Positions 24,001-36,000 of a stretch of 64,000 bases of DNA are shown here, one piece after another. A model generated the notes under the pieces. It was given only the letters and a program-made list of their open reading frames with translations, was not told where the DNA came from and searched no databases. The stretch's first letter is position 1. Every line of letters begins with the position of its first letter. A program made the translations under genes and the position numbers. Where the stretch lies: assembly GCA_977030845.1 (NCBI GenBank), contig OZ365112.1, positions 14,570,001-14,634,000 on the forward strand, read 5' to 3'. This stretch comes from Fimbriosthenelais zetlandica. Its lineage: Eukaryota.

Positions 24001-27000
24001 GGACAAGGCACCAGCAATGTACTGAGGACCGAGGGCCTAAGTTTATCAGTCTGTTTGATAATGGTTTACAATTTAACATTGTAGGTATTGTACTCAGAAT
24101 ACCTGATCCACCAAGTTAAAAAAATACAAAATACAAAAAGGAAATCCCACAGAAATCTACCTGAAAATGAGCTTAAGGACAAAAGAAAGGGACAATTATT
24201 CTGTAGCTGAAATGAGAATAATAATGCGGATAAAATGGACATAATGAAGATAACGAAATTATATTGTTGTCTAACCGGAGCCTTATTTTAACTCTGGGTT
24301 AAATTGCCACTGGTGGATCCAAGCTGTTCAATTCATCATTAGTGAATAAATCACACTGTGTAACAATGTCCCATGCGGGAATCTTCAACATTTAGAGATA
24401 AACACATAATATATTGTATACACTGATTTAGCGAGTGACAAGTGTCTATAAGGAATCAGTTACCCGGGCCTATGATGGAAAAGGAAAGGTAACAACACAC
24501 AAGTGTCATTAATTGATTTGAATTGAATTATCCTAACACCAGGCCGGCCAGGCCTACCACTGTCCTCTTTCTGCTGAGTGCCATGCGAGGGAGCTACAAC
24601 TACCATTTTTTTAATCTTTGATTGGACCCGGCCGTGGATCGAACCAGCGACCTTCCACACATGAGGGGCAGAGGCATCTTCAGAAGCTGTTACAAAACAA
24701 ACATACCCTGACAGAAATCTCATTTACTAATTAACAGAAGCATTTCATACAATACTGAAAGCATGGTTAAGTCGTCACAACCGGAGTGGCAAGGACCTGA
24801 AAAGGTATATTATGAGAAGGAGAAAGACTTAACAATCAGTACTTAAAATCTATGACAGAGATGTATGTATGTATGTCATTACGTGTTTGATGTTCACATT
24901 TGATGTTCATATTGTTTCTAACAGTAATGAATGGGGAGAAATGTTTTTTTTTTAGCAAGGATTAGAATCTCACCTCATTTCTCGCGGCTGTCTGCATCTT
25001 CTCAATGATTTCTGCCTTCTCATCAGAGGCATACAGGTTGGGAACATCGCCTGTATTGAGAATCATGGATATATCCTCCATGAACGACTCATCTTTTATT
25101 TGGTTGTCCGCAAACAAGAAGACGGTGGGTTTACCTTCTCCACCTGCTTTCAACAGGAGCTGCAAATAATTTGAAACACAAATTCTTAGATCAACTCAGG
25201 CTAGGTATGAGACTTAAAATAGTGAGCAACTGTCGTGAGAATATCGCAAGGGTTCATCTGGGTTCAGTTACCTTTTTGAGATCGTCCCTCCATTCATTAG
25301 TAGTGTAGTTCTTGGTAATTTCAATCTGGAAGAGGTCATAGTCTGCCATAAAAGCAGCCAGTTTGGTAGCACTCTGTCTCCCGCTGCCACCGATACCTAA
25401 AATGTTGAAATGTTTTTAGGCATAAGTATATGGATGTATTAGTCCGGAATAAAGAATTGAATTGAATTGGATTGAATAAAAGGCAAACAAAAACATAAAT
25501 GTATTTAACAGGGAAGAAAGTAGAATGTCTATAACAATTAGAAGGGAAGGATACTTACCAGCCAGTAGGGCATGGCCATTGTCCTGCTTGAGGACCCGGC
25601 TTACACGAGAGATGTGTTCTATGGCAAACTTGAACATGACCAGGGACATGGGTGCTTTACTCATGGTGTTGTACTCATCCAAGTAGCTGAAAAGACGATC
25701 AATGTAGGTCCATTATAATACCCCAACGATTTTACCAATTACATATGAACTGCTCAAAGAAGAAAGTTTGGATACGCAAAGGAAGAGTTACTGAATTACT
25801 TACTACTCCATCATTTTAGTGAGGTCCTTGAGGTCAGTCACTTCGTCGTAAATCTTTTCACCCTCTGGATTCATGTAGTCTCCAAAGAATAGTGATCGAA
25901 TATGGTCATCCTTTACCTTGCCATCTTTGGTTAAATGTCCAAGGATTTTATCAATGGACTGTTTGAAACTGTTCTGGGTGACATCCCGCATTATGTCAAA
26001 GAATTTTTCTCTGTAAAGAGAAAAGGAAATCAGTACATTTGTATCTACATAGATGTGGGTGAAATGTCCAGGAATACTCTTTTGAACTGACATTTTATCT
26101 TTTCCAATATTCTCTGGGATGTACTTACCTATCTGCTTCATCCACCAATCTGTCATAGAAGACGCGGTAGACCTCATGCACCCAAAGTCTGAGTAGTTTG
26201 TCAGTTTCTGCCATGCGGGACTGAGGTACGAGCAGCACACCGCGCACCACACGAGAGAAATCTCTCAAGTTAAACACATAGTGAGATTTGGTGGGTGTGG
26301 GCAAGAACTGAGTGACTGTGCATTTATAAACCTCCAGGGTGGCTTGTACCATAATCTACAAAAGAAAAATAACGAGACAATTTAATACGAGTATTTTAAA
26401 GAAACCTCCAATGTATGTCCAGAATTTGTAGACAGAATCGGAAGAAAGTCCATGTATAATATACCTTGCCAAGCCTGGAGAAGGCGGGGTCAAAGCCTTT
26501 AGCAAAATGCCAGTCAGCAATAGATGTAAAGATTCGGGTCATGGTAGCGTCATCAAACTCATCAATGGAGACGATCTGAAGATGACGTGTGAAACGTCCG
26601 GTAATGTCATTCCTTCCTCCGCCAGGTGGCCCCATAGCGCCAGCAAATAGCTGTAAGATAATGGAACATTGACATGAGCAGTGGGGATTAAAATGTTAAT
26701 TATGAGCTGATCATACTTTATATTAGTCTACCTTTTATATAGGCACATAGAGCACTTACTACGTCAGTGAGGAAGAGTTTTGAGGTGTCCTTCACATCAT
26801 ACCAGTGACCATGGTCGATCCATTGTCGGAGCAGCTCAATGGGCGGCTGTGCTCCATACTTCTCCTTGGCCGGCATATTTAAATCATCCACAAATACGAT
26901 ACATTTCTTCCCCATTGGTGGCCCAAACACACCCTTTCTGCGCCTAGATACACAAGAGAAATGTTTTCATCAATATCATGTGAAATATGATAATATCCTC

Positions 27001-30000
27001 ATGGACCAGATAGACGGACATTTTAAAAATGTAGTTAGTATTTTATCCAAATATACACGTATATATGATTTTACAGTGAAAATAACATGTCATGTGCCTC
27101 ATCTACTTTGTCTGCCTAACCCTGGAACACCTAAGGGGAAACGGAATGTTTTAAAAAGTACAAAACACTAAAATATCCTGGAAAAATCCATCTATGAAAG
27201 ATATGAAAAATAGACTATCACAAGAGTGAACCGTTATAAGAATGGTGCAATTGAACAAGACCAATAAAGAGTCAGATACTAAAAAGTTGAAAATGGACGA
27301 TATCAAAGGCAATATATATATTCATCGTAAAAGCTATTTTATAAAAGGAGATCTTGAAAAATATACCCATATTGAAACATGTAGAAATTATCTAAAGGTC
27401 CGACGTATAAGCCATGCATCCTAGGCTGCCTTAGGCAAGGCGCTAGAAAAGATTAGTTTCTGAAGGACAGAGTTGTTATCAAAATCCAGCCATAGTTTGT
27501 CTTACTGACCGTCTCCGTGACATCCAGCCACAATTGTCATAAGTGGTCGATTTTCTATCATGAATATCAACAAAAAAAACATCAATAAACGTTAGGGGTT
27601 TCCATTTTGGGGACAAAATTCTGGAAAATTGTCGGAGGGGCATGAAAAGAAAAGGAGTGCAATAAATTGAGAGCAGAAAGATTTAGGAAGTAATTAGGAA
27701 ATGCAATAACAAGCCCTTCTTCACAATAAGGTACCAGCTTTACATTGATAAACACAATAATTATGTCCAATACAGAATAAATATGTTAATTATTTCACCC
27801 CAGATAAGAACAATTATATATATCCGATACAGTAAGGACACATTATTCTTTTGAAGTGTTGGTCATGCATACGCGTGATATATAATCCTTATTGAAAGTG
27901 AATGCCACGGTAATTTGCAACCCATCCTATCCTAATAAACCGTGTCCATAATCTAATATACGTAGCATTCACTTTTAATAATATCAGCTTGTCTAAGGGA
28001 ACTGTGATCACGCAGGAAAAATTAATTCATAAGCTTTACCTAAATCAACCGGCATTTACTTTTACCCTAGCAGCATTGACATGTAAATCATCTCGAAAAA
28101 TATTCTTACTGAAAAGGTAAAAGCTTCCATAACAATAGGGGAATAAAGTGTTGAATGAACGGTTGTTCTATAACGCATATTACCACACATGAAGGGCCAG
28201 CAAACAGCCCATATGTGGGTGATTGAAATAAACTAGATACTCTACTATATACCTTTGTATGTTAAGGGGTTCTCTCTACTAACACCCTAAAGTGAGTGGG
28301 ATATTAACTACATTATCCATTGTTTAAGTAAATATATTATAGGTCTCCACATCAGGGGTTTCCTACACATGCTTGAGCACGAAGGGAAAGCTGGGCCACA
28401 TTAGTCAGATACCTTCTTTTGTGGGATGTTTGTTTCTCTTTTTTCTCTTCCCCTGTAAGACGCCTAGTGTAAGCAGGTTTTTGAGACAATTGAGAGGTTA
28501 GTTTTTGGATGAAAGGTATATGCATGGAATTGAAAACGAGAGCAAAGGTAATGTACAAGCATAAAGGCTTAGTTGCAGTGGGATATGGAGGTGTGTGAAA
28601 TGTTAGTTTTAGATAAGAAAATATCGACAGAAAAGAGCAAGATGAGATTGGTTTAGATGAAAGTGCTTTTCATCTAAAGGTAGTTGCAAAGAGAAATATA
28701 AGAAACTCCTCTGAAATGAAAGACAAATGTTGCTTTGAACAAATTGCACCTGGTTTAATGTAGCCTAAATTCATTTGAAAATCCAGAAGTAAAATATATT
28801 CCAAACTGCAGCAAATTACACGCATATTATATTATATGGAACAAAATTGCTGTTAATGTGAAAGAGCGGAAAACAGAAATGTTATGGACGTTTTAAAGAA
28901 AATTATAAATGAAGTTAGTTTTTACTTTCAAATTAAATATAACAAATATTGGTATGCCATCTAGGTATATATACACGGTTAAATACACAGATATATTTAG
29001 ATAGCCTGAGTTAATAACTAATGGTTTGACCAATAAAAAACCTCACTTACCTGTCTAATTTGGACATGACAATGTCTTGAGTTTGATTTGCAGAGGTACG
29101 AGCCGAAAAGTTAATGCAATTGGGCATATAGCTGTAAAAGACAGGGAGCAGGTGAGGGGATATATCTAAGAGAGGTATTTTATTTAAATTGACAGTCTTA
29201 TGAAACTTGAGCTTGAAGACAAAATCGAGTGAAAGCTTGATACTAACCTTTCTTTAGGCATAGCTATGAGATGGCTGTTGGTGATGGCTGACTTTCCTGT
29301 ACCTGTCGGACCAACAAACATCATGGGAAGTTCATGGCTGAGGTAGACACTGAGGAAGAATGTCTGACGAGCTGTCTCTACGGTGGGAATGATCAGATCA
29401 CTCACCTTCAAAAAAGACCAATGCAACTCTGTCATTTTGAGAAAATATTGGACATGGCAGCTTTAATTGACGCATGAATAAGTTTCACATTCTGTAAATC
29501 AGGTCAGAAATATCAGAGACAATAATTGGTAAGGTAAACGTTGATATTAAGATAAGAAGGAGCAGCTCAGAAAGCTCGCAGCTGGGTCAGGCTGTTTCTG
29601 GCATACATCGATCATAGGCCATCATAAGCATTTTATTCTTTATGGCACTAGGTCTAAACAAGCTGCAAAGCATCAGTTTGACACCAAGATAAAATCATGA
29701 AAATGAAATGTTGAAAATTGCCTTATTATATGTCAAATGCATCTTAATATGTAGCTTTTATATATCAGCATGGATTAATATCTATAGATCAATGTGGCTA
29801 CCGGCTACAGTCCTCAAAACATACATATAATCATAATATTTGGACCATTACACAATTATCCATCCAAAAATTATGATCTGCATATTGTGAACGACTAATA
29901 TGAAGTCTACACTTAATGTTACATTAATGGAACCAATGGCATGATTCCAAATGCCTTGTGAAGCTAAATCTTTCTATTCAATTTCTTTGATTCGATCCTT

Positions 30001-33000
30001 ATCTGATTTTGTATATTTAACCGTATTAGACTTATTAGGTAGTACATTTGAGTAAGCATCGGGTACAATATCAAAGCTGTTGGGTCTTAGATGTTAAAGT
30101 GAAGCTGGCGACATTCTGCTTCACTTACCTTGACATCTTGATACGAGCCCTAAAATAAACTAGACATTGTAGAAGGATACCTGCACAGTCAGATTTCTAA
30201 TTCTAGACTGTCTAGAATTAGACTATTATTACTAGACAATGGACAATGGATATATAAGCATCTTCCTACTTGTTTCTATTTGTCTTCTCCTAACTCATCC
30301 AGTGAATAAAGGAGTTTTAATATTAAATAAGTCTTGTATGACATTCGAATGTTTATAGCGAAATGATGCGCCTACCTTTGCAGATGCAGGGATTTGCAGG
30401 CTAGCCTTGTCCACTGTGTCCATCCATTCAATCCACTGACCACTTGCTTTCTTTTCGAAGCAGAAGTCATAGACCAAGCCACGCTCCGGGAAGGAGTTAT
30501 TCTACAGAGGGATGAAAAACCCGTCAACAGTGCATTAATGTGATCTAGAGAAAAGTACCTCTTTTTTCAAACTGTTAAACAATCGCCATTTCATTAAACA
30601 CATACATTTGACAACCTTTCCTTTTGGACAGTTTAGAGGTGAGCTTACCTTGGAGATTTTGGAGCTTTTGGGTTTGGGATGGTCGGGGTCGGTACCACTG
30701 ATTAGCTGGCGGAAGTATTGGTCAAATTTGGGTCTACTTGCCCCAGTAATGGTACCACCAACAGTCCAAACCATTGAGAACAAGAACAAGCCTTGCAGCC
30801 AGAGTGTCATCTGTAACAAATATAAAGCATAAGTTGAGAATATCGCTCTCAAATTCTAACAGAAAATAAAGCTGGAGCTGATTTTCTTTTCAATAAAAAC
30901 AAAGCAAGTTGGTACTTACCTGGGAGGCACTCATGGCTTCCTGGCCCTCCTGACCAGACCCTCTGATCTCATCAAGGAGAGAGTTGAAAAGTCTCATGTG
31001 CATGATGACTAGGTGGATGGGAGAAGTATTGATGAGCATCTTACACTCACGACGGATAAAGTCCAGACAGGGCTGGATGAGCCATTCAAACAGGTCCTCT
31101 ACCATGCCACGATGTTCTTCAGTTAGAGAACCCGGCAGTTCATGCTGCATGTACGAGTCCTTAAATGGGCTCCATCCAAGCTGTAAAGGACAACATGCTT
31201 AATATAAAGAATATTCATTTTCTCGATATTAAAATGAGGATAAATACTTTGTTTTAATATTAAACCTCCTTAGAAGGTTCTCTGATCAAAAGGCAATCAC
31301 ATATATGTGGTCATTTACCAAGATTGAAAAAGATTTGTATAGACGATTTATCTAGTACTTAGAGATGAATGTGGGTGTAAATCAAGGCATATATAGTATG
31401 TACACACAAATGGTTTCATCATCAGCAAGTATTTCAGTCATTGGAATAATTAAGGCTTAAACAAAGGCAATTGATAATTAATATGAAGAAACAAAGTTGT
31501 ATGTATCATGATGATTAGCTTAAACTGTTCCTCCAATTAAGCTGAAAAGTGTATAAGGTACTACAGCGAGTCTTAATCATAACGTTATTCATGATTTTAG
31601 AGTTTCTTAATTTAGCTAGGGTAGCTACTAAATTTAGTAAAACCTACTCCTTGACCAGGGTTTTCCCGAGACTGTGAAACACATAGCAAGACAAATATGA
31701 GCAAAACATAATACTAACATATAATACTTCATCAGGAATATATTGACAGTCAAAAAACAATGTGGAATATTCAAGGCGATGTCTTCAATCCTAAACAAAG
31801 TCTTTCAAAGTCAAACTAATGATACATTTGAAAAAGATTTGTATAGACGATTTATCTAGTAGAGATGAATGTGGGTGTAAATCAAGGCATATATAGTATG
31901 TACACACAAATGGTTTCATCATCAGCAAGTATTTCAGTCATTGGAATAATTAAGGCTTAAACAAAGGCAATTGATAATTAATATGAAGAAACAAAGTTGT
32001 ATGTATCATGATGATTAGCTTAAACTGTTCCTCCAATTAAGCTGAAAAGTGTATAAGGTACTACAGCGAGTCTTAATCATAACGTTATTCATGATTTTAG
32101 AGTTTCTTAATTTAGCTAGGGTAGCTACTAAATTTAGTAAAACCTACTCCTTGACCAGGGTTTTCCCGAGACTGTGTAACACATAGCAAGACAAATATGA
32201 GCAAAACATTTAATACTAACATATAATCCTTCATCAGGAATATATTGACAGTCAAAAAACAATGTGGAATATTCAAGGCGATGTCTTCAATCCTAAACAA
32301 AGTCTTTCAAAGTCAAACTAATGATACATCAAAAAACCACTGAACCTAAAGAGCCAATTCTGATGTGCCAATATTACAAAGATCAAATCCGAGAATAAAT
32401 GACATATAAATGAAGATCAATGAGAGAAGGTCAGACTTACCTGGTGAGGTTCAAGGTAGATCATACCACAGCGACTGACTGTGGCTGGAGATGCCTGCTC
32501 CAGGTCAGCCGGCTCAAAGATCAGGTTCATCTTGTTAGACATCTGGATGATTTCACCGCTCATCAGGCAGAGCTGAAAACCAAAAACAGTAAGTGATTAA
32601 ATATAATTAAACCAATCGTCTCCTTGTGCAGTATAAAGCCTGGTTAAATGCAGGACAGTGTTGTTACCTTCTTGTTGTCATCCAGTACAGTGTTCATGTT
32701 TTCAATCCACACTGCATCAACAGGCCCATCAAAGAGGATCCACTTTCTGTCTGAGGTTGTGCTTGAAGCATATTCACGGAACGTGTTAGCCAGGACACCT
32801 GAGAAATGAAATGAAGCAGTTCATTATTTTAAGGAAATTCAGCAAAGCTTGGGCTTTGAATCCCTGCTCTCAATGCATCTTGTACAAAATATGCCAGCAA
32901 AGAAAAAAGATACATGTAGAATGGAACTTACCATCGGACCACTCGTGAGAGGTGGGGTCAAACTGACCATACAACTGACCCATGGTGATTGCTTTTGGGT

Positions 33001-36000
33001 TGATGATTCTGAAGATGACCTTGAATTCCTCCATGAGACCTGAAGCCTCTAAATCACCCAGGGCACCGGCCAGTACTTGCCAGGCGCAGGTTTTCCCTCC
33101 TAGAGGTTCACCCACTATCATGAGGCCGTGGCGGACCAGGATCATTTCATACACCTGGACAATTAAAGAAATAGAGAGAAAAGAGTGACTATGAACCTTT
33201 TTAATTTGAAACCAAATAGAACAATGATAAAATAATTTGACGAGACGACTAGTACCTGAATGATCTTTTCAATGAACCATGGGACATCCTGTAATTTCCT
33301 GCTGGTAATGTTCTCTTTGAGGGCACCGAGGAAGACATCATAGTCTGGTTTTGGTAGCTGAACTCCAGGGAACAAATCTGAGATGATACCATTGAAGAGG
33401 GGCACATCCTGTGGACATTTAAAAGAAATCAAATGTTGAAATAACTGGAGTAGCTATAACGTTTTCTTTTGATAATTGATAACAAGTAAAGATGAAATAA
33501 TGACAGACCTGTGCCAAGAATTTGGGTAAGTTGACATCATTGATGGCCTTTAGCAGAAGTACAGCTTCATCCTGTTCAGGATATTTCAGTTTGAGGTTTC
33601 CAGCAGCAGTGAGCACTGACTTGACAGCTCGCATGCCGTAGTCATAATGGTGTTGAGAAGAGAGCTGCTCTGAGCAGAGCGTGTAGGTGGCTACAATCTT
33701 CCTAGCCAAGTTACGGGCATCCACAAAGCCGCAGGAATACAGGACAATCTCTCCAATGAGAGCATAGTCTGGAACCATCATAGCCACTGTCCGGAACAAT
33801 ACCTGGGTGAAAAGACAAAATTGTATTCCCTAACTGACAAACGCCCCAGAGCAATGTTTCATACAAAGAATTTAAGGAGTAGTTGAAGAAATATTGTATG
33901 ATCAAATTTTCCAGAGCAAGGTAATTCTGTTAAAGCTGTATGTTACCAAATTAATTCATACCTTCAAGTTATCTGGTAGTTCTTGACGTCCGGCGTAGCC
34001 AGGGTTCATGGTGATAAACATGGTACATGTAGGATCCAGGGAGAGCTCAGTGCCTTCAAAGACAAACTTCTTGGCACGTGCTTTGATAGCTATCTGGATA
34101 CACTGGATTTGCTGGGCAACTACAGACAACACTTCTAATTCTATACGATTGAACTCATCAAAGCAAGCCCAAGCTCCTGCCTGAGCCAGTCCTTTGAAGA
34201 ATTTCCCCATGGCCTTATAATCGAGACCATCAGAGCAGTTGAATACCACACACTGCTTGGCCACAGCCTTAGCTAAATCTTTACAGGTTTCCGTCTTTCC
34301 TGTTCCTGCAGGTCCCTCAGGGGCACCTCCAAGGTTCAATTTCAGGGCTCCCATTAGAGTTCTGCAATTAATCATGAAAAGCAATAATCATTTAAGCACT
34401 ACATTTATGTTACATTGAGATGAAATCAAATTGTCCAGAATATCCTGGTTCATCATCTACACAATTCCGTAATTGGGAAGTCAAATATTTTGGAATCAAG
34501 AACGTTTGGTGTCAAACCTGTAGCATCTGTCAGTGAGTTGGGTGATCACAAGTCGGGGTGTGTTGCCCAGGTATTCATAGCCATAAGTAAGTTCAGTGGT
34601 GATCATTTGGATGATGCACTCCCCATCTTTCCAGAAGTAGCGCAGCTGGCTCAACCATTCAAAGGCATTTTGGTCGCGAATGTCATTAGCAGCCAAACTG
34701 GCCACCACATCACGGGCTGCAACAAGTAATTCAATTCAATTAAACTGTCCAGCAAACTGGGGTTGGTTCTAACTTATTTGGTCAAGGTGATGATAATGAT
34801 GACCTACCGTGTACATCAATTACAGTTAAGGCACCCAGTGCTATACGAGATCCACCTTCAAGTTTTCCTCGCACAAGTTGAACAATTCCTGATATCTGTT
34901 TGTTACATACGAGATGGTAATTCTGAAAAGATAGAGAAATAAGAAGAGTGAACAACTGTAATATAATACACTGTATTACAGATATTACACAGTTCGATCA
35001 TTTTTATAAGGTACATGTACATATATCCTTGCTCATCATCTACATTTATAAGTAATTGAGAAGAAAATAGGTAATTCAAGATTCAGATTTAACCTACCTG
35101 GATTCCTCCTTTTTCTTTCATGGCCTCCACGACTTCTGTGGTCCAGAAGATTTGTGATCCACAGAGCACGACTTGGCCGGGCCAATCTAGCACCCACTTG
35201 TCACGATGAGTATTAGTATAGGCTTCGACAGACTGCCTGATTACATCTCTCACAGAGGCTATCATTCCCTCCTCTACCTGCAGTAGCCACTTTTCTACCA
35301 TACCCTAAAAACATAATACATTTAGTTAAGCAAAGATCCAAAGAAACAATAGAAAATAATTAATGCCATGATGACAAAAAAATAGGAAACTGGAAAACAA
35401 CTGTTAAAGAGATTAAGAACATTTTACCTTGGCCTTTGCAGGGAAGATTTTGTTAACCAGAGAGACGATTTCATTTTCTGACGAGACCATGCCAATAATC
35501 TCTTGCTGTTCAGTAAAGTCGAGTTTGGCAATGCCTTCAAAGCATTTCTTGAGATGGGGCTGTACACGGGTTGGATCTTTTGTCTCGGAGAGGATCTCCA
35601 GTAGTTCATCGTTGGACAAGAAGAAGAATCTAATGAAGAAAACAGATAATGATGGTATCTAATATCTTAGTTCCCTATACCTCACCACAAGGTTCTGTTG
35701 GATCAGACATAAATTGGTTTATTCATCTTGTTGAGTTAGTTTATTCTTACCTTGGGAAGTAGAGGCGTTTCTTTTCCAGATAGGCATTAAGACCTTTCTG
35801 GATTTCGTCAAGAAGTGTATTGGCTTCCAGTAGGCGGTCCAGCATGTTTGGCTGACTCGTGGCCACTAGACAGTGAGTGTCCTTCACTGACTCGGCCATG
35901 ATGTCCTTCCAGTAACTGTCAACTATGCCAAACTTGCGGCCCTCCTCTGGCATTTGAGCCATGATATCTTCTGACGAGAAGATGGGCTCCAGGTAGAGCC

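Noticed and set aside
24751-24796. Exon-like segment with a good acceptor in the 4.1-kb intron
   Set aside because: 46 nt with an in-frame TAA. It is one of several frameshifting or stop-containing look-alikes (also near 21237-21244, 43960-43978 and 45102-45140) that show the chance background.
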